This document shows, piece after piece, positions 25,665-35,429 of a DNA stretch of 36,869 bases. Numbering within the stretch: position 1 is the first letter of the stretch; the number at the start of each line of letters is the position of its first letter. The translations under genes were made by a program, and so were the position numbers. The stretch spans positions 1 through 36,869 of the IMG/VR virus record IMGVR_UViG_3300025034_000893, one strand, 5' to 3'. Under the pieces are notes generated by a model, which had not been told where the DNA came from, ran no database searches, and was given only the letters and a program-made list of their open reading frames with translations. This DNA comes from a virus (taxonomy: Duplodnaviria > Caudoviricetes).

Positions 25665-28600
25665 GCAAGACCCGAGAGACATCTTCACCGGGCGTATCGC
25701 CGCTGACCTTGTCGGCCCTGGGGCTCCCGACGAATCCATCGAAGACATCCCGTCCGAGCGGTACCTGTCGGGAATCCTGTTCCCGCGAGCATCAGAGCAC
25801 GAGGCCGAGGATGATGAGGGCTTGGAGGACAAGGCTGAGTGCGACGAACAGGGAGCGTCGCTGGAGGAGACCGCCCGCATGGCACTGGCGGGAAAGCCCT
25901 CGACGATGGGGCTCTCCTTTGCAGTCAGGGAGGACGGGGCGAAGCCTGAGATCAAGGTCCGAGTCCGTTGCGGTACGTACATTGGCGAGAGGAAGGAAGG
26001 CAGTAAGCGAGGGAAGCCAACCTGGCGTCGAACGGCTCATGATGTCGGCCTGGTCATCCCTATCCAGGTCGGTTATTCTAGCCGACCTGTCTCAGAGCCT
26101 CAGTTGCCAGGCCTCCATCTGGTGACTCAGATTTCGAAGGCGTCGGACCATACGACGTTGACCGTGGCTCTAGTCAACCAGAACAAACAAAACGCGACTA
26201 AGTTCGAGAATGAGCGGCTCTTCTTCTTCCAGGTCGAGCTTGCGATCATCGCTGCTCATGAGTGCGCTCTCGTCGCTCGTCCAAGGTTCAGAACCGTCCA
26301 AGATGAAGAAGATGAGAGCAACGCTCTGCTCTACAGGGAACATCGGGAGTTCGCTGTCGGGCATACATGCTCGGCGTCGTGGACGGCTTCTGGTGACACG
26401 GCATCGTTGATCCAGAGCACATGGCTGCCGAGGCACATCGTCAACAGCATCTCGTCCGCAGGCGATCCGGTATTCGGGTCATTAGGTGATGCCACGAGTC
26501 CCGAATGGTTGGCCGCCGCCGCTCCGGAAGCGTTAGCTGAGGCGCTCGGCAGATTGCCTGCGACATACCGGAGCTGGCTCCAGGGACAGATGGGCAGGGT
26601 TGACGGATTACCGGCATCTCTCAGGGAAGCTGCACGCAGGAACCTGGCGTCTTGCGATAGGGCGGCAAAGCGGATCGAGGAAGGCGTCGCGCTCATTGCT
26701 GGCAATGCGACGGTCAGGAAAGCCTTCCAGCTTGCCAACCATGCGATCCATCTTCAGCGGCATTGGCAGGGGGACTCACAGTTCCGTTGGCGACCGTTCC
26801 AGCTCGGCTTCCAGCTTCTCTGCGTAGCCTCGCTAGCAGACGGGAAACATGCCGACAGAAGGATGATGGACCTCCTCTGGTTTCCCACAGGTGGTGGCAA
26901 GACCGAAGCCTATCTAGCCCTCACGGCTTTCACCTTGATCATCAGGCGGCTGACCGAGAAAGATGACGACAGGGCTGCTGGCGTCTCCGTCCTGATGCGG
27001 TATACCCTCCGGCTCCTGACCATCCAACAGTTCCAGCGTGCGGCTGCCTTGATCCTGGCTTGCGAACACCTGCGCAAGCAGGACAAATCCCTCGGGAATA
27101 CCCCGTTCTCGATTGGGCTCTGGGTCGGCGGAGGTGCCACACCCAATACCGATGCCGATGCTAGGAAAGATCGCAGGGCTGTGATGCAATTGAACAAGTG
27201 CCCGGCCTGCTCCACAGCATTGAAGCTCGAAGACGATCGAGTCCAGCGCGTATTGCGCCCTGCCTGTCAGAACGCGCAATGTGTGATCACTGGACTGCTC
27301 CCAATCTACACGGTGGATGAGTACATCTACAAGGTCCGCCCTTCCCTGGTCATCGGTACCCTGGACAAGTTCGCGCAGATCGTACGCAAACCGGAGACTT
27401 CTACGCTGTTCGGAAAGAAGGGCGGTGGTCGTCCGCCGGACATGATCATCCAGGACGAGCTCCATCTTATCTCAGGGCCGCTCGGGACTTTGGCCGGGCT
27501 CTACGAGGTCGCCATCGATGCCATCTGCTCCAGGGACGGATATCGCCCGAAGGTGATCGGATCGACCGCGACCATCCGTCGTGCAGCTGAGCAGATCAAG
27601 GATCTCTTCGATCGGGATGCCCATCAGTTTCCCCCGCCATGCATCGACGTCGAGAACTCATGCTTCGCCGTCGTGGATCACGGTGCACCTGGCCGTCTAT
27701 ACCTCGGTTTGAGCACGGCAGGACGATCTGCCCGCTTCTCCTTGCAGGCGGTCTGCGCATCATCTCTCCAGGCGGCTAACGATCCGCGCCTTCCGGAAGC
27801 GCTGAGGAACTACTACTCGACGCTTGTGGCGTACTTCAACACGCTCCGCGAACTGGGAGGAGCCCTGGTCCTCATGCAGGACGACGTCGGGGTCTCCTTG
27901 AGGTCCTACTCGGCCAGGAGGGGCGAAGCGCCTCGAAGCCTCATCCCTCCATTGGAGTTGACGAGTCGGACGCCTTCCGTCGAGATACCGACGATCCTGG
28001 AAACACTCCAGGAGCCCGGCCAGTGCGACATCCTCCTGGCTAGCAACATGATCAGTGTCGGGGTGGACATCCCACGCCTCGGACTCATGGTGGTGAATGG
28101 CCAACCGAAGGGGATCGCCGAGTACATCCAGGCGACCAGCCGCGTCGGCAGGAACTTGGTGCCTGGGATCATCCTCACCGTGTTCAACCATGCGCGGGCG
28201 CGAGATCGGTCACGCTTCGAGACCTTCAGTTCATGGCACGCCACCCTATACCGGGACGTCGAGTCCACGAGCGTGACACCGTTCGCCCCGCGGGCCCGGG
28301 ATAAGGCGCTCCACGCCGTCCTGGTGGCGCTGGTCCGTCATCTGCAGCCGACCATGACCGACTCTCCCGTCATGAACGCCGCGAGGCGACAAGAGGTCGA
28401 GGTCATCGCAAGGGTGATCATCGAACGAGCCCGGCGCGTGGACCCGGACGAGTCCGCATCGGTGCTCCAGAGGGTCATGCAGTTGTTGGACGGATGGGCG
28501 GCTCGCAAGGATTTGAGGCACTACTGGGACGATTCCAATAAGGCTCCCAGTCTCCTGATCTCTGCGGAGGCAGCTGCCGCCTTGGGAAAGGACTACGACC

Positions 28601-28707
28601 GGCTGGAATGGCCTACCCCGAACTCGATGCGCGAGGTCGAGCCGGGGACCCCGTTCGTGATCACTGAGCGGCTGCGGGAGGACATCAGTGGCACCAAGAG
28701 CAACTGA
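25654..28707 (+). CDS. drmA: DISARM DrmA-like SF2 helicase
   Basis: WRPFQLGFQL, DLLWFPTGGGKTEAY, MRYTLRLLTIQQFQRA, IIQDELHLISGPLGT, STAT, NMISVGVDIPRLGLM, EYIQATSRVGR. Confidence 0.85.
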   Translation: MTTEQDPRDIFTGRIAADLVGPGAPDESIEDIPSERYLSGILFPRASEHEAEDDEGLEDKAECDEQGASLEETARMALAGKPSTMGLSFAVREDGAKPEIKVRVRCGTYIGERKEGSKRGKPTWRRTAHDVGLVIPIQVGYSSRPVSEPQLPGLHLVTQISKASDHTTLTVALVNQNKQNATKFENERLFFFQVELAIIAAHECALVARPRFRTVQDEEDESNALLYREHREFAVGHTCSASWTASGDTASLIQSTWLPRHIVNSISSAGDPVFGSLGDATSPEWLAAAAPEALAEALGRLPATYRSWLQGQMGRVDGLPASLREAARRNLASCDRAAKRIEEGVALIAGNATVRKAFQLANHAIHLQRHWQGDSQFRWRPFQLGFQLLCVASLADGKHADRRMMDLLWFPTGGGKTEAYLALTAFTLIIRRLTEKDDDRAAGVSVLMRYTLRLLTIQQFQRAAALILACEHLRKQDKSLGNTPFSIGLWVGGGATPNTDADARKDRRAVMQLNKCPACSTALKLEDDRVQRVLRPACQNAQCVITGLLPIYTVDEYIYKVRPSLVIGTLDKFAQIVRKPETSTLFGKKGGGRPPDMIIQDELHLISGPLGTLAGLYEVAIDAICSRDGYRPKVIGSTATIRRAAEQIKDLFDRDAHQFPPPCIDVENSCFAVVDHGAPGRLYLGLSTAGRSARFSLQAVCASSLQAANDPRLPEALRNYYSTLVAYFNTLRELGGALVLMQDDVGVSLRSYSARRGEAPRSLIPPLELTSRTPSVEIPTILETLQEPGQCDILLASNMISVGVDIPRLGLMVVNGQPKGIAEYIQATSRVGRNLVPGIILTVFNHARARDRSRFETFSSWHATLYRDVESTSVTPFAPRARDKALHAVLVALVRHLQPTMTDSPVMNAARRQEVEVIARVIIERARRVDPDESASVLQRVMQLLDGWAARKDLRHYWDDSNKAPSLLISAEAAAALGKDYDRLEWPTPNSMREVEPGTPFVITERLREDISGTKSN

Positions 28708-30508
28708 TCTAGGGACGGTCCGAAGGAGCCAGGTGATCTGCGTAAGCGGTCCTGGCGCGATCGTTGACTTCCGGGCACGCGATGGAGCCCCGATCTCCGC
28801 CGTAGTGTGCGGCCTGGAAGAGTGGGAGGCTCGCGCGAGGACCCAAGGGCTTGAGAACCCGAATGCAATCTTCGAGCCGCGCCTACAGGCACGCCTGCGG
28901 GTCGATGGTTTCAGGTTACCGCCTGTATCCAGCGATGATCACATGAGGAGGAGGCAGCCCTCCGATGTGTTGCTAGCCGTGCGCTTCCCCCGGTGGTTGC
29001 AGTGCCCGAAGTGCCACATCCTACGGCAGGAGCACAACTGGCAGCGCGGGACTAATAGTGCGGCTCGGTACTGTAGCGCATGTTCAGAAGGTGAGGAGCA
29101 CCGAGTCCACGTCGTCCCGTCTAGGTTCATCCTTGCATGCACGAACGGCCACCTCGACGAGTTCCCTTGGAACTGGTGGATACAGCACGCCAAGGACTGC
29201 AAGCGGGAGAAGGACATCAAGCTGGAGGGGCGGGACAAGGCCGGCTTCGCCAACCTCATCCTCAGCTGCCTTGAATGTGGGGCAAACAAGCCTATGGATG
29301 GTTGCTTCGGCAGGGATGCCATACGGGGCGTGGGCTGCCACGGACGGAGGCCTTGGATCGCTGGGCCGAACGAAACGTGCACCAGGGTCCCTCGCACGGT
29401 GCTGCGAGGAGGTTCGAACCTCTACTTCGCTGTCAACGCATCGGCCTTGGACATCCCGCCATGGTCTGAGCATATCCAGCAGCGTCTCGGGACCTACTGG
29501 AGGCACTTCCGGGACCAATCGAACGATGCGGATCGGCTGAAGCTGATCGAGCTGCTGAAGCTGGAGTCGACGCTAGGGATGCCTGCCCAGAATATCTTGA
29601 AGCTCGTCAAGGACCGTATAGCGATTCTCCAGTCTCCGAACGAAACGGTAAGGTGGGAAGAGTACCTCCAGTTGACCAATGAGCGCCCCCAAGCCGTCAC
29701 AGAGGACTCAGAGTTCCGCACGAAGCATGAAGTCGTGCCTGCGGACCTCAGGCCGTGGTTCTCGCGCCTTGTCAGGGTGACACGCCTGAGAGAGGTCCGG
29801 GCACTCGTTGGCTTCACGCGCATCAAGCCCCCGTCAGAGTCCGCTGGACCTGACTCTGCGACGCTCTGCGAAGTAAAGCCGGCGGGTCTGAACTGGCTCC
29901 CCGCGATCGAAGTCCGTGGAGAAGGCATCTTCATCCAGTTCAACGAGTCCTCGCTGGCTCGCTGGGAGCAGTCAGAGTTGATCCGGACGAGGACGAACCA
30001 GATCAACCAGGCATTCATCGAGAGAGGACGGAGCCTGCAGCCGGACGGCTACGCGCTAAGTGCCGTCACGCCGCGACATGTCCTGCTGCATTCGTTCGCT
30101 CACGTGCTGATGAGACAGCTCTCGCTTGACTGTGGCTACTCCCACGCCGCGCTGAGGGAGCGGCTGTACATCGACACCGGTGAACGTCCTATGGCTGGCA
30201 TCTTGATCTACACTGCGACCCCGGACTCCGAGGGGACGCTCGGCGGGCTGTCCCGTCAGGGGAGACCCGCCAGGTTCGCCGAGGCCGTGCATCGATCCGT
30301 GCGGTCCGCTGTGTGGTGCTCATCCGATCCGCTCTGCATCGAGGCTGTGCAGTCGTTCTCGGAGCCGTTGAACCAGGCGGCGTGTCATTCCTGCCTGCTG
30401 GTCCCCGAGACAGCGTGCGAACTCTTCAACCTTTTGCTCGATCGGGCGACCCTCGTCGGCACGCCCCAGGATAGAGGAGTGGGCTTCTTCTCTAACTTGC
30501 TCACCTGA
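28688..30508 (+). CDS. drmB: DISARM DrmB-like DUF1998 protein
   Basis: VRRSQVI...GPGAIVD, PSRFILACTNGHLDEFPW, EVRGEGIF, HSFAHVLM...CGY...LRERLY, CSSDPLC...AACHSCLLVPETACE. Confidence 0.88.
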   Translation: MAPRATDLGTVRRSQVICVSGPGAIVDFRARDGAPISAVVCGLEEWEARARTQGLENPNAIFEPRLQARLRVDGFRLPPVSSDDHMRRRQPSDVLLAVRFPRWLQCPKCHILRQEHNWQRGTNSAARYCSACSEGEEHRVHVVPSRFILACTNGHLDEFPWNWWIQHAKDCKREKDIKLEGRDKAGFANLILSCLECGANKPMDGCFGRDAIRGVGCHGRRPWIAGPNETCTRVPRTVLRGGSNLYFAVNASALDIPPWSEHIQQRLGTYWRHFRDQSNDADRLKLIELLKLESTLGMPAQNILKLVKDRIAILQSPNETVRWEEYLQLTNERPQAVTEDSEFRTKHEVVPADLRPWFSRLVRVTRLREVRALVGFTRIKPPSESAGPDSATLCEVKPAGLNWLPAIEVRGEGIFIQFNESSLARWEQSELIRTRTNQINQAFIERGRSLQPDGYALSAVTPRHVLLHSFAHVLMRQLSLDCGYSHAALRERLYIDTGERPMAGILIYTATPDSEGTLGGLSRQGRPARFAEAVHRSVRSAVWCSSDPLCIEAVQSFSEPLNQAACHSCLLVPETACELFNLLLDRATLVGTPQDRGVGFFSNLLT

Positions 30509-30510
30509 AC

Positions 30511-31233
30511 ATGCCGATAGCTCGCGACGTCGTCGAGTTGGCACGTAAACTCCGCGCCCGATCGACGGTCGAGCCCTTCGATCCAGCCTTCATCGAAGTG
30601 CTGAGATCTGATCCAACGGCGGATAGACTGGCGTCAGAGCTCGGCGCTCGCGACGGAGGAGACGGGTACGCACTCCTCCATTTGTTGATCCAGTCCCTCG
30701 CCATCCAGGATAGTGAGGACCGAGGACAGGCCTCGAAGGTCGAGCTGGTTGCGACACTGCCGCAGGAGGTGCAGTACGTCGTCCGAAGGACATCAGAAGT
30801 GGTCAAGGAGATGATCCAGTCGGCACTTGAAGAGATCCTCATCGCAGGTTACAGGGTCACTGATGGTGCCCTGATACGAACGTTGGGCTCTCTCGCGGCG
30901 ACGGGCAAGGACATCACGATCATCTTGAACAAGGATAGTCGGGATAGCGATAAGATCCTGGCGGCTTGGCCCGTTGGAGTAAAGAGACCGAACCTCTACA
31001 GTGGGGTAGCCAACCAGGATGGCCCAACTGATGTCCTCTTCCATTCCAAGGTGCTCATCATTGATTCTAGAGATATGCTCCTGACCTCGGCGAACTTCTC
31101 GCGCCATGGCCTCGAACACAACTTCGAGCTTGGCGTCCGCCTTGAGGGCCCTCCCGTCATCGAGGCGCGCGAGCTCTTTCGGTGGGCCATCCGCAGTCGC
31201 ATGCTTGCCTCCGGCAAGATAGGACCGGCTTAG
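30511..31233 (+). CDS. drmC: DISARM DrmC-like phospholipase D-family nuclease
   Basis: Single HKD motif FHSKVLIID...TSANFS...NFELG and ELVATLP; directly follows drmB. Confidence 0.8.
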   Translation: MPIARDVVELARKLRARSTVEPFDPAFIEVLRSDPTADRLASELGARDGGDGYALLHLLIQSLAIQDSEDRGQASKVELVATLPQEVQYVVRRTSEVVKEMIQSALEEILIAGYRVTDGALIRTLGSLAATGKDITIILNKDSRDSDKILAAWPVGVKRPNLYSGVANQDGPTDVLFHSKVLIIDSRDMLLTSANFSRHGLEHNFELGVRLEGPPVIEARELFRWAIRSRMLASGKIGPA

Positions 31234-31312
31234 GCATCGCCGTCGAGCGATGGGCAGGATGCCTGCAGGGGTCTGTGATGACCGGATGGGAGTGCAGGGT
31301 CCGATGTGGTGC

Positions 31313-33205
31313 TCAGCAGGTCGCCGAGTCGATAGGCTTGAGGCTGGAGAGACGGGTCCGCGGTGCTTCCATCGCGGAGGGTAGAGCTGGTCGGGCCTTA
31401 AGACTGGTATCGAAATAGAAGTGGGTCGGGTTAGCTCTGAGCCAGAATCTCCCGTCGTTCATTACCTCCGCCACGTAGGCCGTTGCCAGGAGTCCGGCCG
31501 CTAGCCTGACCGGCAGTCCCGCTCGTGGGACGACACGGATATTCCCGGAGCGCGGGAGCCGTTGCTTGGCAAACTTCTCTTGTGGGAATATCCGGTCCAG
31601 GGCACTTCCGATCTGTTCCAGTAGCCACGGTGGGGTCTCGTGGACTCCATTCCGGTGGCGAGCCCAGAGGGCTTGAGATGTCGAAGCGTCTGGAATCTTA
31701 GGCTGGAGATCAACCTCCAGGAACTTGATCAGATGTCTCACACGTGCCAGCAAGTCGGTGTCCGCCTTCGAGGTCAGCTCACAGTAGGCTCGCTGTAAAG
31801 AGACGGCCTGCTTGCGGAAGCCCTTCCCGATGCCCAGGTGCAAGCGGGCCTGCCAACGTTTGAGGTGTTTCCTGGGCTTGAAGGTGGGAATCGAGTTCGC
31901 AAGAGGATGTCTGGGACGGGCGTTGCCCTCGTTATCCAAATCCACCCTCAGGCTGTTCTGGCGACAGCCCGGCACATGGTCACGGAAGCGTCTAGACAGA
32001 GGGAGACGCATCGTACTGTTGACCCTCTTGCGTACCTTGGTGATCGGCGGCGGCGAGTGAGGAACATCTGTGGCAAGACAAAGGTTCTCCGGAAGACGTT
32101 GCCCTATGTCATTAAGAAGAGCGAGAGCCAGCGCCCTAGACATGACAGGAGGCACCGCATTGCCTACAAGGGTGTATCTGTCTTGCTGCCTGTCTCCCCA
32201 GAACTGGTAGCTAATAGGATAGCTCTGGAGCGCAGCGCATTCCCGAACGGTCAGATGACGATACCAGCCTCCTCCCCAGACGAGGAATGCCTCGCGGCCT
32301 CTTCCGGACTGGTAGGCGCAGATCGTGCGAGCGGGCAACTCGTTGCGCTCCGGGATGGCCATGAAGCCGTAGAAGGAGTGCCGTTGCTTCTTCGCCTTGA
32401 TGATCTCATAGTCTTCCTTCGAGATCGACACTGGGTTGGCTTGCTCGGTGAGATCTTTGGCCGGGATGCTGAAACCGTAGTTCGGGTCGATCACGGGAGA
32501 GCGAGTCTGGATTCCTGGAGCCGGTAGCGCCTTAAGGACTTCGCCAAGGGTCTTCCATGGCTTCTTCTCCCCCGCTGGATGCTTCGCGTGAGTAGTTTGT
32601 GGAGTAGGGAAGGAGCCGCAGAAGACTCGACGACGTCGTTGGGGAACTCCAAAGTCAGCGGTGTTGACTTCAAGTCGGACCGGAATCTCCAGGTGCCCAT
32701 CCCGACCGATGCCGAGCTTCCTGAGGGCGATGCGTTCTGGCAGGTGGCGTAGCAATTGGGGAACGTTCTCCATGATCCAGTACCGAGGCTGGAGAACATA
32801 GACGAATGTCAGGAAGCGCTTGACCAAGGCCAGACCCTTGGTTGGGTCACTATTGCCGCCCCGATTGCTGAGAGAGAAGAATGTGCAGGGCGGGGAGCCT
32901 ACGAGGACGTCTACCTTGGGAAGGCTGTAGGGGTCCAAATTCAGGATATCCTCACAGCGGACATCGACTTCGGGATGGTTCTTCTTGTGGGTATCGACGG
33001 CGGGTTGCCAGTTGTCGATACCCCAGAGGACTTTGTAACCGGCCTGACGGAAGCCCTCAGAAAACCCGCCTGCTCCGCAGAACAGGTCCCCGATCGTCAT
33101 CGGTGTGGGGGGTTGAATAGCAGAGCCTTTCCCATCCACACCCGGCTTAGGAGAGACCACAGGTTTAGCGGCTACAAATACATCGCTTGAGGAATTAGTG
33201 GTCAT
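31313..33205 (-). CDS. C5-cytosine DNA methyltransferase (DrmMII-like) with ~260 aa C-terminal extension
   Basis: DLFCGAGG, GSPPC, MENV, GVPQRRRR, LTVRECAALQSYP, VGNAVPP. Start placed at ATG 33205 because the TTG at 33226 overlaps the promoter; ATG 33100 is an alternative. Confidence 0.9.
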   Translation of the reverse strand: MTTNSSSDVFVAAKPVVSPKPGVDGKGSAIQPPTPMTIGDLFCGAGGFSEGFRQAGYKVLWGIDNWQPAVDTHKKNHPEVDVRCEDILNLDPYSLPKVDVLVGSPPCTFFSLSNRGGNSDPTKGLALVKRFLTFVYVLQPRYWIMENVPQLLRHLPERIALRKLGIGRDGHLEIPVRLEVNTADFGVPQRRRRVFCGSFPTPQTTHAKHPAGEKKPWKTLGEVLKALPAPGIQTRSPVIDPNYGFSIPAKDLTEQANPVSISKEDYEIIKAKKQRHSFYGFMAIPERNELPARTICAYQSGRGREAFLVWGGGWYRHLTVRECAALQSYPISYQFWGDRQQDRYTLVGNAVPPVMSRALALALLNDIGQRLPENLCLATDVPHSPPPITKVRKRVNSTMRLPLSRRFRDHVPGCRQNSLRVDLDNEGNARPRHPLANSIPTFKPRKHLKRWQARLHLGIGKGFRKQAVSLQRAYCELTSKADTDLLARVRHLIKFLEVDLQPKIPDASTSQALWARHRNGVHETPPWLLEQIGSALDRIFPQEKFAKQRLPRSGNIRVVPRAGLPVRLAAGLLATAYVAEVMNDGRFWLRANPTHFYFDTSLKARPALPSAMEAPRTRLSSLKPIDSATC

Positions 33206-33217
33206 CACAGGGGCCTT

Positions 33218-33246
33218 ATTATACAAGGTCTCGTAGTGCTTGCCTA
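33218..33246 (-). promoter_or_regulatory. Putative sigma70 promoter of the cytosine methyltransferase
   Basis: Minus strand TAGGCA, 17 nt spacer, TATAAT (33218-33223). Confidence 0.55.
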
Positions 33247-33274
33247 GATCCTAGTTTGGTGCAACACGTAAATC

Positions 33275-34153
33275 CTAAAACCTCGGATGCGCCCGCCGAC
33301 AAGCCGCCTTCAGATGCTCCGCGCTGACGTGAGCGTAGCGAGCCGTCGTGAGGACGGACGCATGGCCGAGCAACTCGGATAGGACCCGCAGGTCGGCACC
33401 GCCCTCCAAGAGCGACGTCGCGCAGCTATGACGGAGTTGGTGCGGCGTCACGCGACCCGAAATCCCCGCCCGCCGCGCCGCGGCCGCCAGCCGCGAAGCG
33501 AAGCCTCCTCGCGTGAGCGGTCCGCCGCGGCCGTTGAGGAACAAGATGTCGCCGGCTGCCGGGAAGCGCACGTCGCGAGCCTCGATATAGCGCCTCAGGG
33601 CGGCCGTAGCCCTCGGCCCGAACGGGACGAGACGTTCCTTGGAGCCCTTCCCGATCACGCGCACCCAGCCCTCCCGGAGGTCGACCTGCCCGAGACGCAG
33701 GCCGACCAACTCCGAGACCCGTAGCCCCACCGCGTACATGAGCTCGATCATCGCGTGGTCGCGCAGGGCCCCGAACTTCCCGCTCGGGGGAGGGCGAAGC
33801 AGGCGGTCCATGGCATCCGCGCCCAACGGTTCCGGGATTCGCTGCTTGAACCGGGGCAGACGCATCCCGGCGGTTGGGTCGGCCAGGGCGCGGCCTGACG
33901 CGGCCAGGTAGCGGTGAAACTGCCTGAGCGCCATAGCCGCGATGAACAGCGACGCCGACTTGAGGCCGTCCTCCTTTCTGCGCTCCAGGTAGGCCAGGAT
34001 GTCCTCGCGCGTCGCCCCTTCCGGGGACCTGCGCCTCGCCTCCAAGAAGCGCAGGTAGCCCCGTATCTGGTAGCCGTAGCTCTTCCAAGTGCAGGGCGAC
34101 AGGCCCCGCTCTACCCGGAGATGCCGCACGAACTCGTCGAGTAGTGCGGTCAC
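33275..34153 (-). CDS. XerD/XerC-like tyrosine recombinase
   Basis: N-terminal ERGLS..T..SY domain; RDHAMIELMYAVGLRVSEL, GKGSKERLVP, TPHQLRHSCAT, ELLGHASVLTTARYAH (full R-K-H-R-H-Y set). Confidence 0.92.
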   Translation of the reverse strand: MTALLDEFVRHLRVERGLSPCTWKSYGYQIRGYLRFLEARRRSPEGATREDILAYLERRKEDGLKSASLFIAAMALRQFHRYLAASGRALADPTAGMRLPRFKQRIPEPLGADAMDRLLRPPPSGKFGALRDHAMIELMYAVGLRVSELVGLRLGQVDLREGWVRVIGKGSKERLVPFGPRATAALRRYIEARDVRFPAAGDILFLNGRGGPLTRGGFASRLAAAARRAGISGRVTPHQLRHSCATSLLEGGADLRVLSELLGHASVLTTARYAHVSAEHLKAACRRAHPRF

Positions 34154-34485
34154 GGCTTCTGGCCCCCGCCCAGGTCCAGGTCGGCCTCGAAGAGCAACTT
34201 GCCCTTGCCGTCAAGCAGCTCGATTCGCGTGACCTCCCTGGCCTTGGAGCCCGGCCCCGATCGCATGATCGCCCGCGCCGCGCGCATTGCGACCAGTCGG
34301 CCGTAAGCCTCAACCTCGGCCTCGCGCCGCTCGGTGAACAGCGTCGGGTTCTGCGCCATGCTCAATCCTCCTTTGAACTGGCGCTCAAGGCTGCCGAGCG
34401 AGCAATCGAAGCAGCAGTCGGACAGCTCGCTCTCGGGCGTCGGGTCGGTCACGACCCAGAACTTGTCCTCCGGCCCGAAGCGCAT
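34150..34485 (-). CDS. Hypothetical protein
   Basis: GTGA overlap with the recombinase; part of the minus-strand operon. Confidence 0.65.
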   Translation of the reverse strand: MRFGPEDKFWVVTDPTPESELSDCCFDCSLGSLERQFKGGLSMAQNPTLFTERREAEVEAYGRLVAMRAARAIMRSGPGSKAREVTRIELLDGKGKLLFEADLDLGGGQKP

Positions 34486-34488
34486 GGC

Positions 34489-34821
34489 TCAGGCCCCCTG
34501 GACGACTTTCACGCGCTTCTTGTCGTCCTTCTCGACCTTCCAGCCCTTGCGCGTGTAACCGACCATGCGCGCGCGGACGTTGGCCGCGAGGTCCCTGCCC
34601 TTGGCCGCGTCGCCCGCCTTCTTCGCCAGCTCGGCCGCGATCTCGGCGACGGTATGGCCGCCGGTCGTGAGCATCGGGTCGATGATGGCCGCCAGGGAGC
34701 CCTCCTTCTTGGCTCCCTGGGGCTTGGCGGCGGCCTTCTTGCCGCCCTGCGGCTTGGCAGCCTTTTTCTTGGCCGCCGCCGGCTTGTTCGCGCCTTTCTT
34801 CTGTCCGTTTTTCTTCGCCAT
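34489..34821 (-). CDS. Lys/Ala-rich histone-like N-terminus plus winged-helix-like DNA-binding domain
   Basis: MAKKNGQKK...AAAKKKAAKPQGGKKAAAKPQGAKK, then IIDPMLTTGGHTVAEIAAEL...RKGWKVEK. The frame extends to ATG 34947 with a CxxC...CxxC segment, so the start is uncertain. Confidence 0.6.
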   Translation of the reverse strand: MAKKNGQKKGANKPAAAKKKAAKPQGGKKAAAKPQGAKKEGSLAAIIDPMLTTGGHTVAEIAAELAKKAGDAAKGRDLAANVRARMVGYTRKGWKVEKDDKKRVKVVQGA

Positions 34822-34946
34822 GCCCTCGTTCCTCCTGTTGGTTTCGATCGACCAGGCGCAGCCGTGGCATGCGATCCCGGCGATCCGGTCTTTCCTGAAT
34901 AGGAGCCTGCCAGTGTCGACGTCGGCTCCGCACTTCGCGCAGACCA

Positions 34947-35165
34947 TCAGCGCCCTTCGGGGCGAGCCTTACGCCGGAGCGCCTTCGCCGTCGCCTTGTC
35001 CTGGCGCTGGCGCTCGTTGAACTCGTAGGTGCCGTGGTCCACCCCGATCTCCACGGCCCGCGCGGCTTCCTCGCGGCTGAAGCCCAGCTCCAACGCCCTG
35101 ATGACCTGGTCAGCGACCAAGTCGGTCAGGATGGCGTTGAGCACGTCGTCTTTGGGCATCTTCAT
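34947..35165 (-). CDS. Hypothetical protein
   Basis: MKMPKDDVLNAILTDLVADQVIRALELG... with GGAG SD upstream. Confidence 0.55.
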   Translation of the reverse strand: MKMPKDDVLNAILTDLVADQVIRALELGFSREEAARAVEIGVDHGTYEFNERQRQDKATAKALRRKARPEGR

Positions 35166-35412
35166 CGCACTCCTCCCGCACCGGCTCCAGACAGATGTTC
35201 GCGTCCTCGTCCTGGCCGATGTCGTATTCCTTCCCGCAGGTGGCGCAGACCACCCGGCTCTCCTGGTTGTAGTCCCAGCCCTCTGAGCTATCCGCCTCCG
35301 CGTCGTCGTACTGCGGGCCGTCCTCCGTGATCTCACAGGGGACGCCCCTGAGGACCAGCGTTACCCTGGGGGCCTTGAACTCCTGGCTCCCGCATGCGCA
35401 CCGTAGCTTCAT
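35110..35412 (-). CDS. Zinc-ribbon hypothetical protein
   Basis: CACGS...CATCGKEY; GGAGG SD before MKLRC. Confidence 0.6.
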   Translation of the reverse strand: MKLRCACGSQEFKAPRVTLVLRGVPCEITEDGPQYDDAEADSSEGWDYNQESRVVCATCGKEYDIGQDEDANICLEPVREECDEDAQRRRAQRHPDRLGR

Positions 35413-35429
35413 CGTCCCTCCCTCCCCGC

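Noticed and set aside
33247-33290. Possible dif site next to the XerD-like gene (GGTGCAACACGTAAATCC...)
   Set aside because: Only the first five bases resemble the XerC arm, and there is no TTATGTTAAAT-like XerD arm.
33426-34313. 295-aa alternative-frame ORF overlapping the recombinase
   Set aside because: Arg/Pro/Gly-rich translation typical of an off-frame read of a GC-rich gene.
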